Shown here: one piece after another, positions 40,283-52,135 of the stretch
Position numbering within the stretch: the first letter of the stretch is position 1
Layout: the number at the start of each line of letters is the position of its first letter
Origin: Vicinamibacterales bacterium
GTDB taxonomy: Bacteria; Acidobacteriota; Vicinamibacteria; Vicinamibacterales; JAENWD01
Direction: 5' to 3'
Assembly: GCA_036381155.1 (NCBI GenBank)
Contig: DASVDJ010000159.1
Location: forward strand, 19,291-83,290
Length of the DNA stretch: 64,000 nucleotides
The notes under the pieces: model-generated
Told to the model about the DNA's origin: nothing
Seen by the model: only the letters and a program-made list of their open reading frames with translations
Databases searched by the model: none
Position numbers and translations under genes: made by a program

Positions 40283-41839
40283 GTGGTGCGTGGACGTGAC
40301 CTTCGGTTGAGCGTGCTGCTGGCGGCGGCGGTGCTCGCCGCGCCGGGCCTTCGCGCGCAAACCGCGGACGGAAACCGGGCCGCGCGCCTCGTGGCCGAAG
40401 GGTTGGCGCTGCTGCGGGCGGAGCGGACGGCAGAAGCGGAAAGGCTCCTGACGGAAGCGTCGACGCTCGACCCGAAGAACGCGCAGGCCAGCTATCTGCT
40501 CGGCATCGCGCTGGAGCGGCGGCGCGACCTCGAGGGGGCGCAGGGCGCCTACGAGCGCGCGGTCGCGCTCGACCCGGAGCTGGCGCCCGCCCACGACCGG
40601 CTCGGGTTCGTGCAGGGGCTGCTGGGCCGCACCGATCTCGCGCGGGCGTCATTCGAGCGCGCGGCCGAGCTGGATCCGACCTTCTTCGACGCGCAGTACC
40701 ACCTCGGGGTCACGCGCTGGCTGCTCCGCGATGCCGCCGGCGCGCACAAGGCGCTCGCTGCGGCGGTCGCCATCCGGAACGACCACGCCGAGTCGCAGTA
40801 CTATCTCGGGCTCGCGCTGCGGGCCCTCGGCCGGCTGCCCGACGCCATCACCCATCTGCGCCGCGCGACGGAGCTGGACGGCACGCTCGTGGTCGCGCAT
40901 GCGCACCTCGGGGTCGCATTGCGCGAGCACGGCGACCTCGACGGCGCGCGGCGCGCGGCGGAGCGCGCGCTCGTGCTCGATCCGGCGCGCTTCGACGCGC
41001 TGAACACGATCGGGTTGATCGCGATGCAGCGCGGCGACGCGGAGGACGCGGTCTCCACGTTCAAGCGCCTCGTCGACCTGCACCCCGACGAGCCGACCGC
41101 CCGCCTGAACCTCGGCACCGCGCTGATGCAGAAGGGGGACCTCGCCGGCGCCGTCGCCGTGCTGCGCGCGCTCACGGATCGCCGGCCGGAGCACGCGGAG
41201 GCCTTCTACAATCTCGGCACGGCGCTGAAGCAGCAGGACGACTTCGCCGGCGCCGAGACCGCGCTGCGCGAGGCGCTCCGGCTGAATCCCGCGCTGCCCG
41301 ACGCCCACTACACGCTCGGCGTCGTCCTCTGGCAGACGCGCCGGCTGGCCGAGGCGAAGGACGCCTTCCGCGCGGCCACGCGCGCGAAGCCCGATTACGC
41401 GCAGGCCTACTACATGCTGGGCACGATCTTGCGACAGGAACGTGAGTACCACGCCGCGCTCGTCGAGCTCCGCCGCGCGCTCGAGATCCAGCCGGACATG
41501 CCGGAGGCGCATCTCGCAATCGGGCAGATCCTGCAGCGGCAGGGCGATCGGGCGGCCGCGGCGAAGGCGTTCGCGGAAGCGGAGCGCCTGAACCGCATCA
41601 AGGCGGACCAGCAGGCCGCGGCGTTCGCGCTGGGCGTCGGGCTGTCGCGCCTGCGCGACGGCGACCTGGACGGCGCCGTGGAGCGCCTGCGCGAATCCGT
41701 GCGTCTCGATCCGGCGAACGCGCGGGCGCACCTGGCGCTCGCTGACGCGCTCAGTCGGCAGGGACACGCCGCGGAAGCGGCGAAGCACCGGCGCGAAGCG
41801 CGACGGCTCGACCCGTCGCTCGCCACGGAGGCGCCCTGA
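40283..41839 (+). CDS. TPR repeat protein (secreted)
   Basis: 518 aa with more than 10 TPR-like 34-aa repeats (A..Y.LG.AL...G....A...). Confidence 0.85.
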   Translation: MVRGRDLRLSVLLAAAVLAAPGLRAQTADGNRAARLVAEGLALLRAERTAEAERLLTEASTLDPKNAQASYLLGIALERRRDLEGAQGAYERAVALDPELAPAHDRLGFVQGLLGRTDLARASFERAAELDPTFFDAQYHLGVTRWLLRDAAGAHKALAAAVAIRNDHAESQYYLGLALRALGRLPDAITHLRRATELDGTLVVAHAHLGVALREHGDLDGARRAAERALVLDPARFDALNTIGLIAMQRGDAEDAVSTFKRLVDLHPDEPTARLNLGTALMQKGDLAGAVAVLRALTDRRPEHAEAFYNLGTALKQQDDFAGAETALREALRLNPALPDAHYTLGVVLWQTRRLAEAKDAFRAATRAKPDYAQAYYMLGTILRQEREYHAALVELRRALEIQPDMPEAHLAIGQILQRQGDRAAAAKAFAEAERLNRIKADQQAAAFALGVGLSRLRDGDLDGAVERLRESVRLDPANARAHLALADALSRQGHAAEAAKHRREARRLDPSLATEAP

Positions 41840-43566
41840 TGCGGGCAGTCGTGCGCTCCCTCGCGCTCGCCGTCGCCATCGGCATGGTCCTCTCGGTGCC
41901 GGCGCTGACGTCGGACAACGGCCTCGGCTTCAGCTTCCGTCTGCTCGGGCCCGACGCCGGCCTCACCGGCCGCATCGTGTTCGGCGGCGTGGACACCAAC
42001 CGGTACCTGCTCGAGACCACCGGCACCGGCGTCGCGATGTTCGACTACGACAACGACGGCTGGCTCGACCTCTTCTTCGTCAACGGGACGACGCTCGAAG
42101 GGTTCCCGAAGGGCAAGGAGCCGCGTCCGTTCCTGTACCGGAACACCGGCGACGGCCGCTTCGAGGACGTCACGCGCGCGGCGGGGTTGTCGGAGCAGTG
42201 GGGCTGGGGCCAGGGCGCGTGCGCCGGCGACATCGACAACGACGGGCACACCGATCTCTTCGTCACCTACTACGGCCAGAACCGGCTGTTCAGGAACACC
42301 GGCGGGCGGTTCGAGGAGATCACCGAGGCCGCCGGCCTCACGCAGACGCGCACGCGCTGGAACACCGGCTGCGCCTTCGTCGACTACGACCGCGACGGCC
42401 GCCTCGACCTGTTCGTTGCGAACTACATCGATCTCGATCTCGAAAATGCGCCGACGCCCGAGTCGGGGCTGTGCCGCTACAAGGGGGTGCCGGTGGCGTG
42501 CGGTCCTCCCGGCCTGACCGGCGGACGCAACCTGCTCTACCGCAACCTCGGCGACAACCGCTTCGTCGACGTCTCGGAGCAATCCGGCATCCTGCAGACG
42601 ACCAGCACCTACAGCCTCGGCGTCGCGACGCTCGACTTCGACGACGACGGGTGGACGGACATCTACGTGGCGAACGACTCGAACCCGAGCTCGCTGTACC
42701 GGAACCGCGGCGACGGCACGTTCGAGGACATCGGCATCCGCGCCGAGTGCGCGTTCAGCCAGGACGGCAAGCCGCAGGCGGGCATGGGCGTCGGCATCGG
42801 CGACTTCGACCGCAACGGCACCCTCGACATCGTCAAGACGAACTTCGCGGGCGACACCTCGTCGCTCTACGCGAACAGCGGCGAGGGCTTCTGCGAGGAC
42901 CGGACGTTCGACGCCGGGCTCGGCATGAACACGCGGTGGCTGGGGTGGGGCGCCGGCTTCGCCGACTTCGACAACGACGGCTGGCTCGACATCTTCCTGA
43001 CCAACGGGCACGTGTATCCGGAGGTCCGTCACATCCCGACGGAAGCCGCGTACGAACAGCGGAAGGTCGTGTATCGCAACACCGGCAACGGCCTGTTCAC
43101 GGATGTGACCGACCGTCTCGGCGCGCCGGCCACGACGCCGCGTGCCGGACGCGGCAGCGCCTTCGGCGATCTCGACAACAACGGCACCGTCGACGTCGCG
43201 GTCGCCAACGTGCACGCGACGCCCGACGTGTTCCTGACCACCGCGACCGCCGGCCACCACTGGGTGCTCCTGCATCTCACAGGCACGAAGTCCAATCGCA
43301 GCGCGATCGGCGCGCGCGTGCGGGTCGTCACCGGTGATGTCACGCAGATCGGCGAGGTGCAGGGCGGTGGCAGCTACCTGTCGCAGAACGACCTGCGCCT
43401 GCATTTCGGGCTTGGCGCTGCGACCAGGGTCGACCGCGTCGAGGTGCGCTGGCCGAACGGCCAGCGGGAGGGGTGGAGCGGCCTCGAGGCCGACAGGATG
43501 CACCGGCTGGTCGAAGGGGAGGGAACGCCGGTGGAGAGCGGCGCACCGGCCGGTTCGGGGCAATGA
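41839..43566 (+). CDS. CRTAC1/ASPIC-UnbV family protein with FG-GAP/VCBS repeats
   Basis: FDYDNDGWLDLF, VDYDRDGRLDLF and FDDDGWTDIYV repeats. The C-terminal GGGSYLSQNDLRLHFGLG is UnbV_ASPIC-like. Confidence 0.85.
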   Translation: MRAVVRSLALAVAIGMVLSVPALTSDNGLGFSFRLLGPDAGLTGRIVFGGVDTNRYLLETTGTGVAMFDYDNDGWLDLFFVNGTTLEGFPKGKEPRPFLYRNTGDGRFEDVTRAAGLSEQWGWGQGACAGDIDNDGHTDLFVTYYGQNRLFRNTGGRFEEITEAAGLTQTRTRWNTGCAFVDYDRDGRLDLFVANYIDLDLENAPTPESGLCRYKGVPVACGPPGLTGGRNLLYRNLGDNRFVDVSEQSGILQTTSTYSLGVATLDFDDDGWTDIYVANDSNPSSLYRNRGDGTFEDIGIRAECAFSQDGKPQAGMGVGIGDFDRNGTLDIVKTNFAGDTSSLYANSGEGFCEDRTFDAGLGMNTRWLGWGAGFADFDNDGWLDIFLTNGHVYPEVRHIPTEAAYEQRKVVYRNTGNGLFTDVTDRLGAPATTPRAGRGSAFGDLDNNGTVDVAVANVHATPDVFLTTATAGHHWVLLHLTGTKSNRSAIGARVRVVTGDVTQIGEVQGGGSYLSQNDLRLHFGLGAATRVDRVEVRWPNGQREGWSGLEADRMHRLVEGEGTPVESGAPAGSGQ

Positions 43567-44564
43567 TGGCGTCCGGCCTGCTGCTTCCGGCGGTGCTCGC
43601 GCTGGTCCTGTCGCAGTCGGCGACACCGGCCCCGCCGCCCGATCGGGCGGAGATTCGCGGCTGGATCATGGACGGCCAGACGGCGCGCGCGCTCGAGGCG
43701 CTCAAGGCGCAGCCGCAGGACTCGCCGTGGGTCCGCTATCTCACCGGGCTGGCGTACTACCATCGCGACGACCACGTCCGCGCCATCGAGCTGCTGGCGC
43801 CGGTCATCGCCGAACTGCCGGATGGATCGCCGGAACGCCGCGAAGCGGTGCAGGTGCTGGGGCTCTCGTACTTCGTTGCCGGGCGGCTGCAGGAGGCGCT
43901 GCCGCTGCTGGAGGAGACGCGCGCGTGGGCGTCGGACACGATGGAGCTGGCGCGCGTGCTCGGCGCGGCGTACATCCAGACGCGACAGCCCGCGAAGGCG
44001 CGTGAGGCCATCGCGCAGGTGTTCGGCGTGCCTCCGGAGTCGGCCGACGCGCACCTGCTGGCTGCGCAGCAGATGATCCGGCTCGAGTTCGAGGACATGG
44101 CGGAGACGGAGATCCGCCGCGCGCTCGAGATCGACCCGCAGGCCCGCGAGGCGCACTACCTGCTCGGGCAGCTCGCGGTCCATCGCGCGCGCTTCGACGA
44201 GGGCATCGAGCACTTCCGCACCGAGATCGCGCGCAACCCGCTGCACGCGATGGCCTACTACCGGCTCGGTGAGACCTACGCGCGGCAGCAGAAGTGGGAT
44301 GCCGCCACCGAAGCGCTCCAGCGCTCGCTCTGGATCAACCCGTACTACAGCGGCACCTACATCGTCCTTGGGCGCGCCTATCTGACGCGGGGGCAGCCGT
44401 CGACGGCGGAAGGGCTGCTGCGGCGGGCGGTCGAGTACGACCCGAACAACGCCTCGGCGCATTACCTGCTCGCGCAGGCGCTGCAGCGGCTCGGCCGGCA
44501 GGACGAGGCTGCGCGCGAGTTCGAGGTCGCGGCCAGATTGAGCGAGGGGCAGCCGCGACGATGA
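43563..44564 (+). CDS. TPR repeat protein
   Basis: Trimmed to MMASGLLLPAVLALVLS, overlapping the upstream stop. TPR repeats present. Confidence 0.8.
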   Translation: MMASGLLLPAVLALVLSQSATPAPPPDRAEIRGWIMDGQTARALEALKAQPQDSPWVRYLTGLAYYHRDDHVRAIELLAPVIAELPDGSPERREAVQVLGLSYFVAGRLQEALPLLEETRAWASDTMELARVLGAAYIQTRQPAKAREAIAQVFGVPPESADAHLLAAQQMIRLEFEDMAETEIRRALEIDPQAREAHYLLGQLAVHRARFDEGIEHFRTEIARNPLHAMAYYRLGETYARQQKWDAATEALQRSLWINPYYSGTYIVLGRAYLTRGQPSTAEGLLRRAVEYDPNNASAHYLLAQALQRLGRQDEAAREFEVAARLSEGQPRR

Positions 44565-44577
44565 CGGTGCCGGGGCG

Positions 44578-46272
44578 ATGACACTGCGGCGCCTTGTCAT
44601 GCCGATCGCGGTCCTGCTGGCGGCAGGGGGGCTCGCCGGAGCGGGGGACGACTGGCCGGTACGCTTCGTCGACGTCGCCGCGCAGGCGGGCCTGACCGCG
44701 CCGTCGATCTACGGCGGGCTCGAGTCGAAGCGGTTCATCATCGAGACCAACGGCGCCGGCGCCGCCTGGATCGACGTCGACGACGACGGCTGGATCGACG
44801 CGCTGGTGCTGGGCGGGACGCGGCTGGAGCCTGGGACCCGCCGTGCGATGGCCAACCCGGACTTCGGGCCGACGACCCGGCTGTACCGCAACAACCGCGA
44901 CGGCACGTTCACGGACATCACCGCGCAGTCGGGGCTGGGGCGGACGGCGTGGGCGTCTTCCGTCTGCGCCGGCGACGCCGACGGCGACGGCGCAATCGAC
45001 CTGTACGTCACCGCCTATGGCACCAACGTGCTGTATCGCAACCGCGGCGGCGGGCGGTTCGAGGACGTGACGAAGGCCGCCGGCCTCCCCGACAGCGGCG
45101 TCCGCTGGGGCTCCGGCTGCTCGTTCTTCGACTACGACCGCGACGGCGACGTCGACCTGTTCGTCGCGAACTACCTCTCGTTCGATATCGAGACCGCGAG
45201 CGAACCGGGGCAGCGCGTGAACTGCCTGTGGAAGGGCATCCCGGTGAACTGCGGGCCGAGGGGCCTGCCCACCGACACGAACCTGCTGTTCCGCAACCGC
45301 GGCGACGGCACGTTCGAGGACGTCTCCGAGGCTTCGGGCATCGCGCGCGTGCGCAACCGCTACCCGATGACGGCGCTTGCCGCCGACTTCACAGACGATG
45401 GGTGGGTCGACGTGTACGTGGCGTCGGATTCGACCGCGGCGATCCTGTATCGCAACAACCACGACGGCACGTTCACCGACATCGCGGTGGCCAGCGGCGC
45501 CGCGTTCAACGAGACCGGCATCGCGCAGGCCGGCATGGGGGTCGCGGCGGGCGACGTCGACGGCGACGGGCGGCTCGATCTCGTCAAGACGCACTTCGCC
45601 GACGACATCCCGGCGCTCTATCGTGCGCTCGGCGGCGGGCTGTTCGAGGAGCGCGCCACGGCGGCGGGGCTGGCCGTGCAGAACCAGCACGTCGAGTGGG
45701 GGACCGGGCTGGCCGACTTCGACAACGACGGCCGCCACGACCTGATGTACGTCACCGGCAACGTCTACCCGGAGATCGAGCGGCACATCGCGCGCTACCC
45801 GCACAAGGGGCCGCGCGTGGTCTTCCGCAACCGCGGAGACGGGACGTTCGAGGACGTCACGGCGCGATCGGGTCCCGGGCCGCTCGACGCGCGATCGAGC
45901 CGCGGCGCGGCCTTCGGCGACTACGACAACGACGGCGACGTCGACGTGCTGATCATGAACATGAACGAGCCGCCGTCGCTGCTGCGCAACGACTACGCCG
46001 GCCCGAACCGCTGGCTGCGCGTCCTCCTCGAGGGCACGACCTCCAATCGCGACGCCTACGGCGCGACGGTGAGGGTGACGGCCGGCGGCCGCACGCAGGC
46101 GCGCGCGCTGCTCAGCCAGAGCAGCTACTACTCCCACGACGACCGGCGGCTGCACTTCGGCGTCGGCGAGGCGGCGACGGCCGAGGTCGAAGTGGTGTGG
46201 CCATCCGGCGCACGCGATGTCGTGAAGGGGGTGGCCACGAACCGCGAGGTCCGGATCCGCGAGACGCGCTGA
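44578..46272 (+). CDS. CRTAC1/ASPIC-UnbV family protein, second copy
   Basis: Same repeat architecture as 41839..43566. Ends ...SQSSYYSHDDRRLHFGVG... Confidence 0.85.
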   Translation: MTLRRLVMPIAVLLAAGGLAGAGDDWPVRFVDVAAQAGLTAPSIYGGLESKRFIIETNGAGAAWIDVDDDGWIDALVLGGTRLEPGTRRAMANPDFGPTTRLYRNNRDGTFTDITAQSGLGRTAWASSVCAGDADGDGAIDLYVTAYGTNVLYRNRGGGRFEDVTKAAGLPDSGVRWGSGCSFFDYDRDGDVDLFVANYLSFDIETASEPGQRVNCLWKGIPVNCGPRGLPTDTNLLFRNRGDGTFEDVSEASGIARVRNRYPMTALAADFTDDGWVDVYVASDSTAAILYRNNHDGTFTDIAVASGAAFNETGIAQAGMGVAAGDVDGDGRLDLVKTHFADDIPALYRALGGGLFEERATAAGLAVQNQHVEWGTGLADFDNDGRHDLMYVTGNVYPEIERHIARYPHKGPRVVFRNRGDGTFEDVTARSGPGPLDARSSRGAAFGDYDNDGDVDVLIMNMNEPPSLLRNDYAGPNRWLRVLLEGTTSNRDAYGATVRVTAGGRTQARALLSQSSYYSHDDRRLHFGVGEAATAEVEVVWPSGARDVVKGVATNREVRIRETR

Positions 46273-46403
46273 CGGACCCGTTTCGCCGCCTGGCCGAACC
46301 AAAAAGCCCTCCCGGCTGCCGGCTCAGGCTGACGTCCGGCCCTGCACCGGGCCCGCTCTGCACGGAAACACGCGTCTCGTCCCCGAATTGCGCCATCGGT
46401 ACC

Positions 46404-46477
46404 TTGACGGCGAACCGGCGACGGCCCTAGTATCCACATACTACTGGTCGGACCACTCCCCAGGGCTACCAGTGGTC
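46404..46477 (+). promoter_or_regulatory. candidate promoter plus GntR/FadR-like palindrome upstream of the TonB-dependent receptor
   Basis: TTGACG (46404-46409), 18-nt spacer, TAGTAT (46428-46433). TGGTC-G-GACCA follows at 46445-46455, with a second inverted pair GACCACT (46451-46457) / AGTGGTC (46471-46477). Confidence 0.4.
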
Positions 46478-46636
46478 ACGCCGTCGCTCTCGGGCGAAGG
46501 TCGTTATCCCGCAAAGAGGCCGGCGTGTTGACCTCGTCGACGCGTCGGATCTTCCCCACCGCGCGTCGCCGATCTGTGTGCGTTGCGAAGGGACCGCGTA
46601 CCACTTCCAGCGCGTCCCCGCGAAAGGAACCTGGTC

Positions 46637-49600
46637 ATGCTCCGTTTCTGTGCGTGGAATTGCGTGCGAATAGCCGTCGCCGCGCTGGCCGTACTCTGGT
46701 GTTCGGCGCCACCGGCCGCCGCCCAGGCGGTGTACGGCAGCATCAGCGGAACCGTTGTCGACGAGAGCGGTGCCGTCCTCCCCGGCGTCACCATCACGAT
46801 TACCAGCCTCGAGCGCAAGACCGTCGATACGGTCGTCACCAACGAAGCCGGCTTCTTCCTCCGCGAGCGCCTGCTGCCGGGCACCTACGAGGTGAAGGCG
46901 GAGCTCGCAAGCTTCAAGACCGCCATCGTGCCCGAGGTCGTCGTGCGCGTCGACACGCAGACGCCGCTGAGCTTCCGGCTCGAGGTGGGCGCGATCGCCG
47001 AGACCGTCGAGGTCACCGGCGGGTCGCCACTGCTCAAGACCGACCGCGCCGACGTCGCGACCACGTTCGACGAGCGCCAGCTCACCGATCTCCCCGTCGT
47101 CGACCGCAACTTCACGAAATTCATCCTGCTGACCCCCGGCACGCAGCAGCTCGGCTGGCAGCACGCGGCCAGCGAGAACCCGCAGGGCTCCGTGCAGACG
47201 ATGGTCAACGGGCAGCATTTCAGCGGGACGGGGTACCAGCTGGACGGCACCGAGAACCGTGACCCGATTCTCGGCATCATCGTCATCAACCCGAACCTCG
47301 ACGCCATCGGCGAGTCGAAGATCACGTCGCAGAACTACGACGCCGAGTTCGGCCAGGCGATCGCGGGCGTCGTCTCGGTGCAGACCAAGTCGGGCAGCAA
47401 CGAGTTCCGTGGCAGTGCGTTCGAGTTCTGGCAGGGGGACAAGTTCCAGGCGCGCAATCCGTTCTCGCAGGCGCTGCCGGATCCGCTGACCGGGCGCTTC
47501 ATCCCCGAGACCAGCAAGCACCAGTTCGGCGGCACGTTCGGCGGGCCGATCTCGCGGAACCGGACCTTCTTCTTCGGCGCGTATCAGGGGCAGCGGCAGA
47601 CGCAGGGCGGGTCGCGCCTGCTGACCGTGCCGACCGCCGCGGCACGGACGGGCGACCTGAGCGCGTACGGCATCGACATCTTCGACCCGGCCAGCGGCGC
47701 GCGTCCCGAGGACCGCGTGCAGTTCCCGGGCAACGTCATCCCGCAGAACCGGCTGTCGCCGCAGGCGCTGGCGCTGCTCAACCTGATCCCGCTGCCGAAC
47801 GCGCCGGGCGTGGAGAACGGCACGCGCGAGAACTACATCGCCAGCGGCAGCGAGACCTTCGACGGGAACCAGTTCGACGTCCGGATCGACCACCGGCTGA
47901 GCGCCGACGCGAACCTGTTCGGACGCTACTCGCTCGCCGACTACCTGCGTGACGGGCCGACGGCGTTCGGCCAGGGCGGCGGCCCCGAGTTCGTCAGCCT
48001 GGGCGGCGTCTCGGACGTGCGCAACCAGAGCCTGGCCTTCGGCTACGACCGGACCCTGTCGCCGACCCTGCTCGCCGACTTCCGGTTCGGGTGGTTCCGC
48101 TACGACGTCGACGTGCTGCCGTTCGACTTCGGGACGACGCCGGCGGCGGATGCGGGCATCCCGGGCCTGAACCTCGACACGACGTTCACGAGCGGTCTGC
48201 CGGCGATCTTCGTCGAGGGCATCGGCGGGTTCAACGCCGGGTCGGGGCTCGGCGTGAACCGTTGCAACTGCCCGCTCGACCAGGACGAACAGCAGTGGCA
48301 GGTGGTCGGCAACGTCACGAAGCTCTGGGGCAACCACACGTTCAAGTTCGGCGTCGACGTCCGGCGCGCGTACAACCTGCGGGTGCCGAGCGACGCGCAC
48401 CGGTCGGGCGAGCTGACGTTCAACACCGACCGGACGCGTGGTCCGTCGGGCGGCGGCATGGGGCTGGCGACGTTCCTGCTGGGTGACGTCACGCGGCTGG
48501 CGCGCTACGTCAGCACCAGCACGAACGCGCGCGAGCGGCAGTGGCGCCACTTCTACTACGCGCAGGACACGTGGCGACCGACGCCGCGCCTGACCCTGAA
48601 CTACGGCCTGCGGCTCGACGTCATCAACCCGCAGACCGTCAACGAGCCGGGCAACGGCGGCTGGCTCGACCTGACGACCGGCGAGATCCTCGTCGCCGGC
48701 GTCGGCGGGATCGACCTGGCGGGCAACGTCGAGAACCGGCTGAACTGGGCGCCGCGGCTGGGGGCGTCGTTCAACCTCGACGAGCGCACCGTCATCCGCG
48801 CCGGCTACGGCCGCAGCTACGACATCGGCGTGTTCGGGTCGCTCTTCGGCCACAGCGTCACGCAGAACCTGCCGGTGCTGGCGTTCCAGGAGCTGCGCGG
48901 CGCGGAGAACTTCGACGCGGCGTTCAACCTGGCCCAGGGGCCGAGCGCGCCGGTGTTCCCCGAGGTGCCCGGCAACGGGCGGATCCGCCTGCCCAACGGC
49001 ATCAACACCCGGGCGCTGCCGACGAAGCAGCGGCCGCCGGCCGTCGATGCCTTCAACGTCACGCTGCAGCGGCAGCTGACCGACACGATGGCGGTGGAGA
49101 TCGGGTACGTCGGCAACCGCGGCCGGCGGGTCTTCGCCGGCGACGGGCCGGAGGTGAACGCCAACGAGCCGACGCTCGAGGGCTTCGCGCAGGGCGTGCC
49201 GCGCAACGAGCGGCTGCCGTTCTTCGCGCGGTCCGACGGCACGATCAACCGGACGCCGTACCTGGGGCTCGGCGGCGGGTTCGGATGGACGCAGGGCATC
49301 GGGTACTTCTGCAACTGCGCCAACAACTGGTACGACTCGCTGCAGACGCGCCTCGACAAGCGCTTCTCGAACGGCTACGCCGTGCAGGTGAACTACACCT
49401 GGCAGCGGGCGCGCGGCGAGGGCGGCAGCTACTTCTTCTGGGACCGCACGCTCGAGCGCGGCGTCCAGGACTGGGACCGCACCCACATCCTGAACGCGAC
49501 GCTCGTCTGGGAGCTGCCGTTCGGGCGTGACAAGCGGTGGGGCGCGGACTGGTCGACCGCCATGGATCTGGTGCTCGGCGGCTGGCAGTTCAACGCCACC

Positions 49601-50059
49601 CACACGATCCAGAGCGGGCTGCCGTTCAACGTCACCTACGCCGACGCGGGCGCGGATCGGGACGTCGGCCCCAACCGGCCGAACCTGATTGGCGATCCGG
49701 AGGGCCCGAAGACGCGTGACCAGTGGTTCAACACGGCGCCCATCGGCTCCCCGAACAGCGCCTTCGCGCGGCCGGCGCCGGGCACGTTCGGCAACCTCGA
49801 ACGCAACGCGCTGCGCGGGCCGTACTACCGGCGCACCGACGCGTCGCTGTTCAAGCACTTCCGGCTTGGCGGCAACCGCGATCTGGAGGTCCGCATCGAG
49901 GCCGTGAACCTGTTCAACGTCGTCAATCTCGGCAACCCGGACAGCGAGATCGGCACGGAGAACAGCCCGCGGCCGAACGCCGGGCGTATCAGCTCCACGG
50001 CGTACGGCGGGCTTGACCCGCAGCGGAACCTGCAGTTCGCGGTGAAGTTCAGGTTCTGA
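46637..50059 (+). CDS. TonB-dependent receptor with N-terminal carboxypeptidase-regulatory-like domain
   Basis: Trimmed to MLRFCAW at 46637. GSISGTVVDESGAVLPGVTITIT..TNEAGFF is CarboxypepD_reg-like. The C-terminus is ...LQFAVKFRF, a terminal aromatic. Confidence 0.85.
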   Translation: MLRFCAWNCVRIAVAALAVLWCSAPPAAAQAVYGSISGTVVDESGAVLPGVTITITSLERKTVDTVVTNEAGFFLRERLLPGTYEVKAELASFKTAIVPEVVVRVDTQTPLSFRLEVGAIAETVEVTGGSPLLKTDRADVATTFDERQLTDLPVVDRNFTKFILLTPGTQQLGWQHAASENPQGSVQTMVNGQHFSGTGYQLDGTENRDPILGIIVINPNLDAIGESKITSQNYDAEFGQAIAGVVSVQTKSGSNEFRGSAFEFWQGDKFQARNPFSQALPDPLTGRFIPETSKHQFGGTFGGPISRNRTFFFGAYQGQRQTQGGSRLLTVPTAAARTGDLSAYGIDIFDPASGARPEDRVQFPGNVIPQNRLSPQALALLNLIPLPNAPGVENGTRENYIASGSETFDGNQFDVRIDHRLSADANLFGRYSLADYLRDGPTAFGQGGGPEFVSLGGVSDVRNQSLAFGYDRTLSPTLLADFRFGWFRYDVDVLPFDFGTTPAADAGIPGLNLDTTFTSGLPAIFVEGIGGFNAGSGLGVNRCNCPLDQDEQQWQVVGNVTKLWGNHTFKFGVDVRRAYNLRVPSDAHRSGELTFNTDRTRGPSGGGMGLATFLLGDVTRLARYVSTSTNARERQWRHFYYAQDTWRPTPRLTLNYGLRLDVINPQTVNEPGNGGWLDLTTGEILVAGVGGIDLAGNVENRLNWAPRLGASFNLDERTVIRAGYGRSYDIGVFGSLFGHSVTQNLPVLAFQELRGAENFDAAFNLAQGPSAPVFPEVPGNGRIRLPNGINTRALPTKQRPPAVDAFNVTLQRQLTDTMAVEIGYVGNRGRRVFAGDGPEVNANEPTLEGFAQGVPRNERLPFFARSDGTINRTPYLGLGGGFGWTQGIGYFCNCANNWYDSLQTRLDKRFSNGYAVQVNYTWQRARGEGGSYFFWDRTLERGVQDWDRTHILNATLVWELPFGRDKRWGADWSTAMDLVLGGWQFNATHTIQSGLPFNVTYADAGADRDVGPNRPNLIGDPEGPKTRDQWFNTAPIGSPNSAFARPAPGTFGNLERNALRGPYYRRTDASLFKHFRLGGNRDLEVRIEAVNLFNVVNLGNPDSEIGTENSPRPNAGRISSTAYGGLDPQRNLQFAVKFRF

Positions 50060-50064
50060 CGCAG

Positions 50065-50114
50065 GGCCGAACTCCAGTTCGGCCGAACCCGTAGGGCCGA
50101 ACTTCAGTTCGGCC
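50065..50114. repeat. two REP-like hairpins after the receptor gene
   Basis: ggccgaactccagttcggcc at 50065-50084 and ggccgaacttcagttcggcc at 50095-50114. Confidence 0.75.
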
Positions 50115-50204
50115 AGACCTTGGCCGACGGCGGACAGAGAACCGACGCATGCAGGGCGGGCGCTATCAGCCCCGCCCGCATGCGCCCGCTTCCTCTGCCA
50201 TCCC

Positions 50205-50234
50205 CTTGCAGACCCCCGCTGTACCCGGTATACT
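50205..50234 (+). promoter_or_regulatory. candidate promoter of the tRNA gene
   Basis: TTGCAG (50205-50210), 18-nt spacer, TATACT (50229-50234), 12 nt before the tRNA 5' end. Confidence 0.5.
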
Positions 50235-50245
50235 GAATCGGTTGA

Positions 50246-51912
<1,667 letters not shown>

Positions 51913-51916
<4 letters not shown>

Positions 51917-52110
51917 CGTAGGGTCTCGTCGAGTTTGCCGCCCTGCTCGGCCAGTGCTCGCTCGAACGTCTCCCGGGCAGCTTCACGAGCCAGGATCTGA
52001 ACAAGTGTCCGGAGCATCTCCGTCTCTCGATCGAGCGCCTCGTCCTTCCGGTCACGACGACCGGCTCCGACGAGGCTCGCTGCACGATCTGGCTTCTCCC
52101 GACGAGTCAT
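51913..52110 (-). CDS. small helical hypothetical protein (possible directionality factor)
   Basis: 65 aa. ATGA overlap with the recombinase start. Weak RBS. Confidence 0.4.
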
Positions 52111-52135
52111 AATAGCGCCGATCCGTTACCTGCGC

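Noticed and set aside
46440-46636. A riboswitch (for example cobalamin) in the long leader of the TonB-dependent receptor.
   Set aside because: I could not find a B12-box-like or other recognisable riboswitch core by eye. This needs an Rfam scan before any claim.
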